From Kineococcus radiotolerans SRS30216 = ATCC BAA-149 (GTDB lineage Bacteria > Actinomycetota > Actinomycetes > Actinomycetales > Kineococcaceae), in NCBI RefSeq assembly GCF_000017305.1, contig NC_009664.2, positions 3,030,001-3,062,000 of the forward strand: a DNA stretch of 32,000 nucleotides. Direction: 5' to 3'. Of this stretch, positions 8,369 to 18,080 are shown one piece after another. Position 1 is the stretch's first letter. Each line of letters begins with the position of its first letter. A program made the translations under genes and the position numbers. The notes under the pieces were generated by a model, which was not told the origin of the DNA, made no database searches, and was given only the letters and a program-made list of their open reading frames with translations.

Positions 8369-9343
8369 ATGCCTGTCGAAGACGCTTCCCTCGCCGCGGT
8401 GACCTCCCCCGCGCCCACCGCCACGATCGTGCTGCCCTGCTACAACGAGGAGGCGCACGTCCTGCTGGAGATCCAGCGGATCACGAAGGTGATGGACGAC
8501 GACGGCATGCCCTACGAGCTGCTGGCGATCGACGACTGCTCCACCGACGACACGCTGGCGGTGCTGCGCTCGGTCGAGGCCGACTACCCGCACCTGCGCG
8601 TGGTGGGCTTCCGCCGCAACGGCGGGTCGGGGACGGTGCGCCGCATCGGCACCCAGATGGCCCGCGGCGAGATCGTCGTGTGGACCGACGCGGACATGTC
8701 CTACGAGAACGAGCGGATCCCCGAGCTGGTGCGGGTCCTGCTCGAGGACGACTCCTACGACCAGGTCGTGGGGGCGCGCACCACCGAGGAGGGCACGCAC
8801 AAGGCGCTGCGCGTGCCGGCCAAGTTCGTCATCCGCAAGGTCGCCGAGGTCCTCGCCCACCAGCGGATCCCGGACCTGAACTCCGGGCTGCGCGCGTTCC
8901 GCCGGGAGGTGTCGCTGCCCTACCTGCGGCTGCTGCCGGCCGGGTTCTCCTGCGTCACGACGATCACGCTGTCGTTCCTGTGCAACCAGCACGACATCAA
9001 GTACGTGCCGACGACCTACGCCAAGCGCGCCGGGACCTCGAAGTTCCACTTCACCAAGGACGCCTACCGCTACATCCTCCAGGTGCTGCGGATGATCATG
9101 TACTTCGAGCCGCTGCGGGTGCTCATGCCGCTGGCGCTGTTCCTCTTCGGCCTCGGGTTCGTCAAGGGGGTCGTGGACATGGTCCGGCACCCCTTCTACT
9201 TCCCGGCCAACACCGTGCTGCTGCTCGTCTCCGGCCTGCTCATCGGGGCGGTCGCGCTGCTCGCGGACCTCGTCGTGCGCTCCCGCGACGACGGCGCGCG
9301 CACCCGCGACGACGGCGCGCGCTCGCGGGAGGACGCCGCGTGA
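8369..9343 (+). CDS. Family 2 glycosyltransferase with two C-terminal TM helices (polyprenyl-phosphate sugar synthase-like, GtrB/ArnC/Ppm type)
   Basis: ORF track 8369..9343 (324 aa). It has IVLPCYNEE, LLAIDDCSTDDT (DxD region) and VWTDADMSY. Two C-terminal hydrophobic helices are present (LMPLALFLFGLGFV, VLLLVSGLLIGAVALLADLVV). Confidence 0.85.
   Translation: MPVEDASLAAVTSPAPTATIVLPCYNEEAHVLLEIQRITKVMDDDGMPYELLAIDDCSTDDTLAVLRSVEADYPHLRVVGFRRNGGSGTVRRIGTQMARGEIVVWTDADMSYENERIPELVRVLLEDDSYDQVVGARTTEEGTHKALRVPAKFVIRKVAEVLAHQRIPDLNSGLRAFRREVSLPYLRLLPAGFSCVTTITLSFLCNQHDIKYVPTTYAKRAGTSKFHFTKDAYRYILQVLRMIMYFEPLRVLMPLALFLFGLGFVKGVVDMVRHPFYFPANTVLLLVSGLLIGAVALLADLVVRSRDDGARTRDDGARSREDAA
9284..9325 (+). 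repeat. 2 x 21-bp tandem direct repeat in the GT2 3' end (RDDGART/RDDGARS)
   Basis: cgcgacgacggcgcgcgcacc is followed by cgcgacgacggcgcgcgctcg. The first 18 nt are identical. Confidence 0.9.
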
Positions 9344-11340
9344 GCGGTCCGGCCACCCCCGCCGGGTTCCCGCGGGTCGTCGTGGTGGGCCCCGCCCACC
9401 CGGCCAAGGGCGGCACCGCCGTCCACACCACCGAGCTCGCCCGGCACCTGAGCGCGGACGCGGAGGTGAAGCTCGTCTCCTGGGCGCGCCAGTACCCGGC
9501 GCTGCTCTACCCCGGCGAGCCCGGGGTCCCCGGCGGTGTCCCGGAGGTCGCCGAGTTCACCCCCACCGTCCGGCCGCTGGCGTGGGACTCCCCGGCGTCC
9601 TGGGTCCGCACCGGCCGGCGCGTCGCCGCCGCCGACCTCGTCGTGCTCACCCACGTCGTCCCGCTGCAGGTCCCGGCGCTTCTGGGCGTCCTCGCCGGGC
9701 TGCGCTCGGCGCGCTCGGCGGCGCGGACGGTCGTCGTCGCCCACAACGTGCTGCCCCACGAGCCCCGGCCCGGTGACGCGCTGCTCGTGCGGCGGCTGCT
9801 CACCTCCGTCGACGGCGTCGTCGTGCACTCCCAGGAGCAGGCCGCGCTGGCCCACGCCCACGGCGCCCGCCGCGTCGTCGTCGCCGACCTGCCCCCGCAC
9901 CTGCCCGGGGGCCCCCGGATCGACGCCCCCGCCGGGTCGAGGGTCCCGCGCGACGGCGGGGTGCGGCTGCTCAGCCTGGGCGTCGTGCGCGACTACAAGG
10001 GCGTCGACCTGCTGCTGGAGGCGCTGCGCGAGGTCCACCAGCGCGGGTTCGACGCGCGCCTGACCGTCGCCGGCGAGCTGTGGGGCGAGGCGGGCCGCCG
10101 GGTGCGCGAGCTCGCCGGGGCCCCCGGGCTGCGCGGCCACGTCGAGCTGCGCGAGGGCTACGTCCCCGCCGCGGAGCTGCCCGCCCTGCTCGCCGCCCAC
10201 GACGCCCTGGTGCTGCCCTACCGCTCGGCCACCGCGTCGCAGAACGCCGTCCTCGCCTTCGCCCACGGGCTGCCCGTCGTCGCCACCCGCGTGGGGACCT
10301 TCCCCGCCCAGGTGCGCGACGGCGTCGACGGCGTGCTCGTCGAGCCCGGCGACGTCGCCGCGCTGGCCGCGGGCGTCCTGCGCCTGGCCGACGGCGGTCT
10401 GGAGCGCCTGCGCGAGGGGGTCCAGCCGCCCGACCTCGAGGAACCGTGGGACCGCTACCTCGGGGCGCTGGAGGAGGCCGCCCGGGGCGGGACGGCCGCC
10501 GCCCCGCCCGGCGGGCGGCTGCTGGCCGTGGCCAAGCGCGGCGCCGAGCACGCCCTGTGGGCCCGCGTCGGGGTCCAGCGCCGCGTGGGGGAGCAGCTCG
10601 GCGCCCGCCGCCTCGCCGCCGCCCCCGAGCGCCGGCCGGTGCCCAGCGGGGTGCCGCGCACCGGTGTCCTGCACGACGCCGCCGAGGTCGCCGACGCCGT
10701 CGCCCAGGCGAGGCGGCTGCGCCTGCCCGCCCACCCCGACGCCCCGAAGAACTGGGACGCCCTGGGGGCGGTGGCCGCCGTCCTGACCCTGGCCGACGAC
10801 GGCTCCCGCCGCGCCCGCGTCCTGGACGCGGGCTCCGCCCGGTACTCCCCGGTCCTGCCGTGGCTGCGGCTGTACGGCTTCGGCGCCGAACGGGGCGCGC
10901 TGGCCGGGATCAACCTGGAGTTCGGCGCCACCGTCCACCGCGACGGGGTCGAGTTCCGCCGCGGCGACGTCACCGACACCGGCCTGCCCGACGCCTCCCT
11001 GGACGCCGTCACCTGCATGTCGGTCATCGAGCACGGCGTGCCCGTCGCGGCGTTCCTCGCCGAGACCGCCCGGATCCTGCGCCCGGGCGGGGTGCTGGCG
11101 CTGTCCACCGACTACGACCAGGACCCGCCGGACACCACCGGGGTCACCGCCTACGGCGCCCCGGTGCGGATCTTCTCGCCCGCCGACCTGCGGGACCTGG
11201 TGGCGACGGCGGCCGCGCTGGGGCTGGAGCTGGTGGGGGAGCTCACCGACGAGGTGCTCGCCCACCCCGAGCGCCCCGTGCACTGGACCCGCACCGGGCT
11301 GGACTACACGTTCGTCCTGCTGACGTTCGTCCGGCGCTGA
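9340..11340 (+). CDS. Fusion protein: N-terminal GT4 (group 1) glycosyltransferase plus C-terminal class I SAM-dependent methyltransferase
   Basis: In-frame GTG at 9340 within ORF 6097..11340, overlapping the GT2 stop (GTGA). The N-terminal half has FPRVVVVGPAHPAKGGTAVHT, LLSLGVVRDYKGVDLLLEAL, VLPYRSATASQNAVLAFAHGLPVVAT and VLVEPGD. The C-terminal half has RVLDAGSARYS, GDVTDTGLPDASLDAVTCMSVIEH and ILRPGGVLALSTDY. Confidence 0.8.
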   Translation: MSGPATPAGFPRVVVVGPAHPAKGGTAVHTTELARHLSADAEVKLVSWARQYPALLYPGEPGVPGGVPEVAEFTPTVRPLAWDSPASWVRTGRRVAAADLVVLTHVVPLQVPALLGVLAGLRSARSAARTVVVAHNVLPHEPRPGDALLVRRLLTSVDGVVVHSQEQAALAHAHGARRVVVADLPPHLPGGPRIDAPAGSRVPRDGGVRLLSLGVVRDYKGVDLLLEALREVHQRGFDARLTVAGELWGEAGRRVRELAGAPGLRGHVELREGYVPAAELPALLAAHDALVLPYRSATASQNAVLAFAHGLPVVATRVGTFPAQVRDGVDGVLVEPGDVAALAAGVLRLADGGLERLREGVQPPDLEEPWDRYLGALEEAARGGTAAAPPGGRLLAVAKRGAEHALWARVGVQRRVGEQLGARRLAAAPERRPVPSGVPRTGVLHDAAEVADAVAQARRLRLPAHPDAPKNWDALGAVAAVLTLADDGSRRARVLDAGSARYSPVLPWLRLYGFGAERGALAGINLEFGATVHRDGVEFRRGDVTDTGLPDASLDAVTCMSVIEHGVPVAAFLAETARILRPGGVLALSTDYDQDPPDTTGVTAYGAPVRIFSPADLRDLVATAAALGLELVGELTDEVLAHPERPVHWTRTGLDYTFVLLTFVRR

Positions 11341-11341
11341 G

Positions 11342-12313
11342 GTGCTGAACCGGCTCCTGGCCGTGCTGCGCTCGCCCGTCCTGCGGGCCGGGTTCCTCGT
11401 CGTGGCGGTGGCGCTGGCCACCGCCTACGTCTGGCGCGACCGGGAGGCCATCGCCGACGCCTGGTCGCGCCTGGACGCGGCCTCGGTGGGGCTGGCGGCG
11501 CTGCTGTCGCTGGCCAACGTGGCGCTGTCGGGGGCCTCCTGGCGCGCGGTGCTCGCCGACCTCGGCTCCCCGCTGCCCCGGCGCGCGGCGGCCCGGGTCT
11601 TCTTCGTGGGCCAGCTCGGCCGCTACGTCCCCGGCACCGTCTTCCAGTTCGTCGCCCAGGCCGAGCTCGCCCGCGACCACGGCGTGCCGCGCCGGCGCAC
11701 CGGGTCCGCGCTCGCCGTCGCCCTGCTCGTCTCGATGACCACGGCGTGCCTGCTCGTCGCCGGGGTGCTGCCGTTCGCGCTGCACGGCCGGGAGCTCCGC
11801 GGCTGGGAGTGGACGGGCTGGCTGCGCTGGCTGACCCCGTTCCTGCTGGTCCTGCTCGTCCCGCGGGTCCTCAACCCGCTGCTGACCCGGCTGCTGCGCC
11901 TGGCCCGGCAGGAACCCCTGGAGCACCCCGTCACCGGGCGCGGGCTGCTCGCCGCGGCGGCGTGGGCGGTGGCGTCGTGGGTCGCGGTGGGCCTGCAGGT
12001 GTTCGTGCTGTCGGCCGCCGTCGGGGTCTCCTGGCCCACCGGGCCCGCGCTGGCCCTCGCCGTCGGCGGGTACGCGCTGGCCTGGATCGTGGGGTTCCTG
12101 GTGGTGCTGGCCCCCGCGGGGGCCGGGGCGCGGGAGCTGGTGCTGGGGGCGGTCGTGGCGCTGGCGGCGGGCCCGGGGGCGGCGGCCGTCGTCGTCCTCG
12201 GCTCGCGGGTGCTGCTGACCCTGGCCGACCTGGTGCTGGCCCTGGGCGCCCTCGCCGGGCACCGGGTGCGCCCGGCCGGGCGGGTCCGGACGCCCCCGCC
12301 CCCGGACGCCTGA
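11342..12313 (+). CDS. Flippase-like / lysylphosphatidylglycerol-synthase TM-domain (UPF0104) family membrane protein
   Basis: ORF track 11342..12313 (323 aa), GTG start 1 nt after the upstream stop. FFVGQLGRYVPGTVFQFVAQAELARDHGV and the roughly 8-TM layout are typical of this family. Confidence 0.75.
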   Translation: MLNRLLAVLRSPVLRAGFLVVAVALATAYVWRDREAIADAWSRLDAASVGLAALLSLANVALSGASWRAVLADLGSPLPRRAAARVFFVGQLGRYVPGTVFQFVAQAELARDHGVPRRRTGSALAVALLVSMTTACLLVAGVLPFALHGRELRGWEWTGWLRWLTPFLLVLLVPRVLNPLLTRLLRLARQEPLEHPVTGRGLLAAAAWAVASWVAVGLQVFVLSAAVGVSWPTGPALALAVGGYALAWIVGFLVVLAPAGAGARELVLGAVVALAAGPGAAAVVVLGSRVLLTLADLVLALGALAGHRVRPAGRVRTPPPPDA

Positions 12314-12470
12314 CCCGTCCCCGCCGCACCCGCACCTCCTCCCGCCGACGCCGGGGTCTCGGGCACGTCACGATCCCGGGCCACGCCCGGTTCTGAGTGG
12401 TGACCCTCCGGAGGCGGCGGCAGGGTGGTCCGTCGACGTCCGGACCGACGACGCGTGGAGGCGAGGCACC

Positions 12471-14042
12471 ATGTCCGAGCAGCAGCCCGGGACGACCGAC
12501 CGGCTCAAGCGCCGCTCCCTGCTGGCCACCCTGGCCGCGGCCCCCCTGGCCCCGGCCGTCCTCTCCGCCTGCAGCACCGGCGAGAGCGTCGACACCGGCG
12601 ACGACGGGGGGACCGGCGGGGGTGCGGGGGGCTTCGTCGCCGCCATCAGCGCCCGGCCCGACCAGTACGACCCGCACAAGACGACCGCCTACGCCAGCTT
12701 CCAGGTCCTGGAGAACGTCTACGACACCCTCGTCGTCCCCGGCGCGGACGACCTGTCGATGCAGCCGTCGCTGGCCACCGACTGGGAGACCAGCGACGAC
12801 GAGCTCACCTGGACGTTCACCCTGCGCGACGGCGTCACCTTCCACGACGGGTCGCCGTTCACCGCCGAGGACGTCGTGTTCTCCTACCGGCGCATCATCG
12901 ACCAGGACCTCGCGAACTCCTCGCGCTTCGCGACCGTCGCGGAGGTGTCGGCCCCCGACCCCACGCACGTCGTCGTCTCGCTGACCTCCCCGACCCCGAA
13001 CCTGCTCTCCCGCCTCGGCGGGTTCAAGGGCATGGCGATCCTGCCCCGCACCGTCGACGAGGCGTCGCTGACGACGGCCGCCGTCGGCACCGGGCCCTTC
13101 CGGCTGGAGAGCACCTCGGCCGACGAGATCTCGCTGAAGCGGTTCGACGGGTACTGGGGCGAGGCGCCGCGGGTCGGCGGCCTGACGTTCCGGGTCGTCC
13201 CCGAGCCCGCCGCGGCGCTGACCGCGCTCACCGGCGGGCAGGTGCAGTGGACCGACAACGTCCCCCCGCAGCAGGTCGAGAAGCTCTCCGGCGACGACTC
13301 CGTCGAACTCGGCCGGGTCGCCAGCGTCGACTACTGGTACCTGGCGATGAACTGCGCCAAGGCCCCGTTCGACCAGGTGGACGTCCGGCGCGCCGTCGCC
13401 TTCGCCCTGGACCGCGAGGCCGTCACCGAGGCCGCGAAGTTCGACACCGCCCGGGTGAACCAGACCGCGATCCCCGAGGCCAGCGAGTGGTACCACGACT
13501 ACGCGCCCTTCACGACCGACGTGGACCGGGCCAGGCAGCTCCTCGCCGGCGCCGGGGTCGGCGGCCCGCTCACGATGGGGCTGATGGTGACGTCGGAGTA
13601 CCCCGAGACGGTCACCGCGGCGCAGGTCGTCGCCAGCCAGCTCGAACCCCTCGGCATCACCGTCGACATCCAGACCGAGGACTTCGCGACCTGGCTGGAC
13701 CGCCAGGGCCGCGGCGACTTCGACGCGTTCGTGCTGGGCTGGCTGGGCAACATCGACCCCGCGGACTTCTACGAGGACCAGCACCGCACCGGCGGGTCGA
13801 ACAACTACCAGAAGTACTCCAACCCCGTCACCGACGACCTGCTGGACCGGGCGAAGGTGGAACCGGACCAGGCCGCCCGCAAGGCGCTGTACGACCGGGC
13901 GGCCGAGCAGATCGTCGACGACGTCTCCTACCTCTACCTCTACAACCCCGACGCCGTGCAGGCGTGGGAACCGGGGATCACCGGGTACGAGGTCCGCGCC
14001 GACAAGGCGGTGAACTTCGACACCGTGACCCTGCCGTCGTGA
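12471..14042 (+). CDS. ABC transporter substrate-binding lipoprotein, family 5 (peptide/nickel/oligosaccharide type)
   Basis: ORF track 12471..14042 (523 aa). SD sequence GGAGGCGAGG lies upstream. There is an RR-containing signal with lipobox LSAC. The body is typical of family-5 SBPs (TWTFTLRDGVTFHDGSPFTAEDVVFSY). Confidence 0.9.
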   Translation: MSEQQPGTTDRLKRRSLLATLAAAPLAPAVLSACSTGESVDTGDDGGTGGGAGGFVAAISARPDQYDPHKTTAYASFQVLENVYDTLVVPGADDLSMQPSLATDWETSDDELTWTFTLRDGVTFHDGSPFTAEDVVFSYRRIIDQDLANSSRFATVAEVSAPDPTHVVVSLTSPTPNLLSRLGGFKGMAILPRTVDEASLTTAAVGTGPFRLESTSADEISLKRFDGYWGEAPRVGGLTFRVVPEPAAALTALTGGQVQWTDNVPPQQVEKLSGDDSVELGRVASVDYWYLAMNCAKAPFDQVDVRRAVAFALDREAVTEAAKFDTARVNQTAIPEASEWYHDYAPFTTDVDRARQLLAGAGVGGPLTMGLMVTSEYPETVTAAQVVASQLEPLGITVDIQTEDFATWLDRQGRGDFDAFVLGWLGNIDPADFYEDQHRTGGSNNYQKYSNPVTDDLLDRAKVEPDQAARKALYDRAAEQIVDDVSYLYLYNPDAVQAWEPGITGYEVRADKAVNFDTVTLPS

Positions 14043-14980
14043 GCGGGGTCGCCCTGCGGCGCACGCTGCAGGCGCTCGTCGTCCTGCTGGGGGTGTCCGT
14101 CGCCACGTTCGCCCTGGTCCACCTGGTGCCCGGCGACCCGGTCCGGCTCGCGCTCGGCACCCGGTTCGACCAGGCGACCTACGACGCGCTGCGCGAGCGG
14201 GCCGGGCTGGACCAGCCGCTGCTCGCGCAGTACCTCTCCTGGATCGGGCACGCCGTCACCGGCGACCTCGGGGTGAGCTTCCGCTCCGGGGACCCGGTGA
14301 CCGCGCTCATCCTGGAACGGCTGCCCGCGACGCTGTCGCTGGCGCTCGCCTCGATCCTGGTGGCGCTGCTCATCGCGATCCCGCTGGGGACCGCCTCGGC
14401 GCTGCGGCCGCGGTCGCTCGTCGACGGGTTCGGGACGGTGGTCAGCCAGATCGGCATCTCGGTGCCGGAGTTCTGGATGGGCATCATGCTCATCCTCGTC
14501 TTCGCGGGCACCCTGGGCTGGTTCCCCGCCAGCGGGTACGTCCCCCTCGGCGAGGACCCCGCCGGGTGGCTGCGGTCGCTGGTGCTGCCGGCGGTGACGA
14601 CCGGGCTGGTGTCGGGCAGCGTCCTGACCCGGTTCACCCGCTCCAGCGTCCTGGAGGCGCTGGGCGCCGAGCACGTCCGCACCGCGCGCGCCAAGGGCCT
14701 CGGCCCGCGGGCGGTGCTGAGGGGGCACGTCCTGCGCAACGCGATGCTGCCGCTGGTGACGGTGACGGGGGTGCAGCTGGCGTACCTGCTCTCGGGGGTC
14801 GTCGTGGTCGAGATCGTGTTCGCCTGGCCGGGGCTGGGGCAGCTGGCGCTGCAGTCGGTCCAGGCGCGGGACTACCCGGTGCTGCAGGGGGCGGTGCTGC
14901 TGTTCGCGTTCGTGTTCCTCCTGCTGAACCTCGCGGTGGACCTGCTGTACTCCAAGCTCGACCCGAGGATCGCCTCGTGA
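14039..14980 (+). CDS. ABC transporter permease (DppB/OppB type)
   Basis: In-frame GTG 14039 in ORF 12425..14980, with a GTGA overlap onto the SBP stop. It has LVHLVPGDPV at the N-terminus, the EAA-like loop VRTARAKGLGPRAVLRGHVLRNA, and ends LYSKLDPRI. Confidence 0.9.
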   Translation: MSGVALRRTLQALVVLLGVSVATFALVHLVPGDPVRLALGTRFDQATYDALRERAGLDQPLLAQYLSWIGHAVTGDLGVSFRSGDPVTALILERLPATLSLALASILVALLIAIPLGTASALRPRSLVDGFGTVVSQIGISVPEFWMGIMLILVFAGTLGWFPASGYVPLGEDPAGWLRSLVLPAVTTGLVSGSVLTRFTRSSVLEALGAEHVRTARAKGLGPRAVLRGHVLRNAMLPLVTVTGVQLAYLLSGVVVVEIVFAWPGLGQLALQSVQARDYPVLQGAVLLFAFVFLLLNLAVDLLYSKLDPRIAS

Positions 14981-16056
14981 GCGCCGTCGACGCGACCCCG
15001 CCGGTGCGGGTCCGCCCGCGCCGGCGCGGGGGGTGGACCGCGCTGCGGCTGCTGCTCTCCTCACCGCCGGCCGCGTTCGCCGCGGTGGTGCTGCTCGGCG
15101 TGGTCGCCCTCGCCCTCCTCGGGGAGCGGATCGCGCCCACCGGGGCCAACGAGGTCTCCGTCGAGGACCGGCTGCTGCCGCCGGGGCCCGGGCACTGGTT
15201 CGGCACCGACGACCTCGGCCGCGACGTGCTGAGCCGGGTGGTGCTGGGGGCGAGGGTCTCCCTGCAGGTCGGGGCCGTCGCGGTGGGTTTCTCCCTGGTG
15301 TGCGGGGTGCTGGTGGGGTTGTTCGCCGGTTTCCACGACGGCTGGCTGGACACCGTCCTCATGCGGCTGATGGACGTCCTGTTCGCGTTCCCGGCGATGC
15401 TGCTGGCCATCGCGGTCATCGCGGTCCTGGGACCGGGGACGACGAACGCGATGATCGCCATCGGCGTCACCTACACCCCGGTGTTCGCCCGCGTCACGCG
15501 CTCGGCGGTGCTGGGGGTGCGCGAGAGCGTGTACGTGCGCGCGTCGCGCTCGATCGGGGCCTCGGACCTGCGGCTGCTGTTCCGCCACGTCCTGCCGAAC
15601 GCGGCGCCGCCGATCATCGTCCAGACCTCGGTGAGCCTCGCGTTCGCCGTCCTGGCCGAGGCCGCGCTGTCCTTCGTGGGGCTGGGCACCCAGCCGCCGG
15701 CGCCGAGCTGGGGACGGATGCTGTCGGAGGGGCGCGGGTACGTCGACCTGGCCTGGTGGATCGCGGTGTTCCCCGGGCTGGCGATCGTGCTGCTGGTGCT
15801 GTCGTTCAACCTGCTCGGGGACGGTCTGCGCGACGTGCTGGACCCCCAGCAGCGCAGCGCGCTGCAGGCCGGGAAGCGCGGGCCGGGCCGACGGAGGGGG
15901 AAGTCGTGGACGTCCTGGAGGTGCGGGACCTGCGGGTCTCGATGGAGACCGCGCGCGGGACCGCGCGGATCGTCAACGGGCTGGACTACTCCGTGGCCGC
16001 GGGGGAGACCGTCGCGGTGGTGGGGGAGTCGGGCTCGGGCAAGAGCGTCTCGGTGA
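14977..16056 (+). CDS. ABC transporter permease (DppC/OppC type) with a stop-less 3' extension
   Basis: In-frame GTG 14977 in ORF 14566..16056, with a GTGA overlap. It has [13 protein letters not shown] and [24 protein letters not shown]. The family normally ends just after [13 protein letters not shown] (about 15870), but the first stop here is at 16056. Confidence 0.8.
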   Translation: MSAVDATPPVRVRPRRRGGWTALRLLLSSPPAAFAAVVLLGVVALALLGERIAPTGANEVSVEDRLLPPGPGHWFGTDDLGRDVLSRVVLGARVSLQVGAVAVGFSLVCGVLVGLFAGFHDGWLDTVLMRLMDVLFAFPAMLLAIAVIAVLGPGTTNAMIAIGVTYTPVFARVTRSAVLGVRESVYVRASRSIGASDLRLLFRHVLPNAAPPIIVQTSVSLAFAVLAEAALSFVGLGTQPPAPSWGRMLSEGRGYVDLAWWIAVFPGLAIVLLVLSFNLLGDGLRDVLDPQQRSALQAGKRGPGRRRGKSWTSWRCGTCGSRWRPRAGPRGSSTGWTTPWPRGRPSRWWGSRARARASR

Positions 16057-16910
16057 TGGCGCTGCTGGGGCTGCTGCCCGGGCACGCGCGGGTCGGCGGC
16101 CGCGCCGAGTTCGAGGGCCGGGACCTGCTGGCGATGTCGGAGGCGGAGCTGCGCACGGTGCGCGGCAACGGCATCGGGACGGTGTTCCAGGACCCGATGA
16201 CGTCGCTGAACCCGGTCCTCACCGTGGGCCGGCAGCTCACCGAGGGGCTGCTGGCGCACCGGAAGGTCCCCTCGCGCCGGGCGGCCCGGGAACGGGCGGC
16301 GCAGCTGCTGGCCGACGTCGGGCTGCCGGACCCGCGGGGGTCCCTGGACCGCTACCCCCACGAGCTGTCCGGGGGGATGCGCCAGCGCGTCGTCATCGCG
16401 ATCGCGCTGGCCGGGGACCCGCGCCTGCTCATCGCGGACGAGGCGACCACGGCCCTCGACGTCACCGTGCAGGCGCAGATCCTCGACCTCGTGGCGCGGC
16501 TGCAGGCCGAGCACGGCACGGGCGTGGTGTGGATCACCCACGACCTCGGGGTCGTCGCCGGCACCGCCGACCGGGTGCTGGTGATGTACGGGGGGCGCTG
16601 CGTGGAGGACGGCGGCGTCGACGACGTGTTCGACGCCCCCGCCCACCCCTACACCCGCGGGCTGCTGGGGTCGCTGCCGACGCTGCACGACGGCCCCGGG
16701 GAGACCCCCGACCTCGTCGCGATCCCCGGCACCCCGCCCCCGCCCACCGACCTGCCCGCGGGGTGCGTGTTCCACCCGCGCTGCCCCGTGCGCGGCGACG
16801 AGCGGTGCGCCACCGAGCAGCCCCCGCTGGTGCGGGTCGGGGGGAACGGCCCCGTCCCGCACCGGGCGGCGACGTTCTACGGCTCCCGCGTCCAGGAGGT
16901 GCGGCCGTGA
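15906..16910 (+). CDS. ABC transporter ATP-binding protein (DppD/OppD type)
   Basis: In-frame GTG 15906 in ORF 15033..16910, with GGAGG 8 nt upstream. It has [10 protein letters not shown], Walker A GESGSGKS, the signature LSGGMRQR, Walker [13 protein letters not shown] and the C-terminal oligopeptide-type tail GCVFHPRCP. An alternative start is ATG 15942. Confidence 0.85.
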   Translation: MDVLEVRDLRVSMETARGTARIVNGLDYSVAAGETVAVVGESGSGKSVSVMALLGLLPGHARVGGRAEFEGRDLLAMSEAELRTVRGNGIGTVFQDPMTSLNPVLTVGRQLTEGLLAHRKVPSRRAARERAAQLLADVGLPDPRGSLDRYPHELSGGMRQRVVIAIALAGDPRLLIADEATTALDVTVQAQILDLVARLQAEHGTGVVWITHDLGVVAGTADRVLVMYGGRCVEDGGVDDVFDAPAHPYTRGLLGSLPTLHDGPGETPDLVAIPGTPPPPTDLPAGCVFHPRCPVRGDERCATEQPPLVRVGGNGPVPHRAATFYGSRVQEVRP

Positions 16911-17938
16911 ACGGCGCCGGTGACGTCCTCGTGCGGGCGAGCGGCCTGCAGGTCCACTTCCCCGTCCGGTCGAAGGGGTTGCGGCGCCGGGCGACCGGCG
17001 CGGTCCGCGCGGTCGACGGGGTCGACCTGGAGATCCGCCGCGGGGAGACGCTGGGTCTGGTGGGGGAGTCCGGGTGCGGGAAGTCGACGCTGGGCAACGC
17101 CCTGCTGCGGCTGGTGGAACCCACCGGCGGCACGGTGGAGTTCGACGGCGCGGACGTCACGGCGATGTCGCGCTCGGCGCTGCGCTCGCTGCGGCGGCGG
17201 GCGGTGGTGGTGTTCCAGGACCCCTACGCCTCGCTGGACCCGCGGATGACGGTGGGGCAGACCGTCGCGGAACCGCTGCAGGTCCACGGGTTGCACCGGG
17301 GGGCGGCGGCGCGGGCGGCGCGGGTGGCGGAACTGCTGGAGCTCGTCGGGCTGGACCCGTCGGTCGCCGCGCGCTACCCGCACGAGTTCTCCGGCGGCCA
17401 GCGCCAGCGCGTCGGCATCGCCCGCGCCCTGGCGGGGGAACCGGACTTCGTCGTCTGCGACGAGGCCATCGCGTCGCTGGACGTCAGCGTGCAGGCGCAG
17501 GTGCTGAACCTGCTGCGGTCGCTGCAGCGCCGGCTGGGGCTGACGCTGCTGTTCGTCTCCCACGACCTCGCCGCGGTGCGCCACCTCTCCGACCGGATCG
17601 CCGTCATGTACCTGGGGCGCGTGGTGGAGGTCGCCAGCGCGCCCGACCTCGCCGCCGCCCCGCAGCACCCGTACACGCAGGCACTGCTGTCGGCGGTGCC
17701 GCTGCCCTCGCCAGCGCGCGAGCGCGCCCGCGAGCGCATCGTGCTCACCGGTGACGTGCCCTCGGCCTCGAAGGTCCCCTCGGGGTGCCGGTTCCGCACC
17801 CGCTGCCCGCGCGCGTTCGCCCCCTGTCCCGACGTGGACCCCGCGCTGCAGGAGGTGCCGTCGGCGTCGCCGGCGGGGCACGTCGCGGCGTGCCACCTGC
17901 ACGGCGTCGTCGGGGTCCCGGAGCCCGCCGACCCCTGA
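16907..17938 (+). CDS. ABC transporter ATP-binding protein (DppF/OppF type)
   Basis: In-frame GTG 16907 in ORF 16529..17938, with a GTGA overlap. It has Walker [30 protein letters not shown] and the C-terminal GCRFRTRCP. Confidence 0.9.
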   Translation: MNGAGDVLVRASGLQVHFPVRSKGLRRRATGAVRAVDGVDLEIRRGETLGLVGESGCGKSTLGNALLRLVEPTGGTVEFDGADVTAMSRSALRSLRRRAVVVFQDPYASLDPRMTVGQTVAEPLQVHGLHRGAAARAARVAELLELVGLDPSVAARYPHEFSGGQRQRVGIARALAGEPDFVVCDEAIASLDVSVQAQVLNLLRSLQRRLGLTLLFVSHDLAAVRHLSDRIAVMYLGRVVEVASAPDLAAAPQHPYTQALLSAVPLPSPARERARERIVLTGDVPSASKVPSGCRFRTRCPRAFAPCPDVDPALQEVPSASPAGHVAACHLHGVVGVPEPADP

Positions 17939-18080
17939 ACCGTGCCCCGTCCGTGGTCGAACCGTGATGCGGCCGAGCGCGTTCCGAGTGGCGGGGGGCA
18001 CCGGTGCGTGGTGTCGTGGTTCCCAGACGAGAACGTGCATCGTCCGGTCTGCAGCAGATGGACCACCCCGAGCGGGTCGT

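Noticed and set aside
6083-9190. A 1035-aa minus-strand ORF antisense to the GT-C-like and GT2 genes (similar cases: 9196..11421, 11931..13784)
   Set aside because: The composition is dominated by R/G/D/H/Q/P with no hydrophobic cores or motifs. These ORFs lie opposite genes with strong family signatures. This is the typical shadow-ORF artefact of GC-rich DNA.
6097-11340. A 1747-aa plus-strand ORF spanning the whole glycosylation cluster
   Set aside because: The N-terminal 1080 or so aa are Arg/Pro/Gly-rich and out of frame with the well-supported GT-C-like and GT2 genes. Only the segment from GTG 9340 (the GT4-MT fusion) has protein-like composition and motifs.
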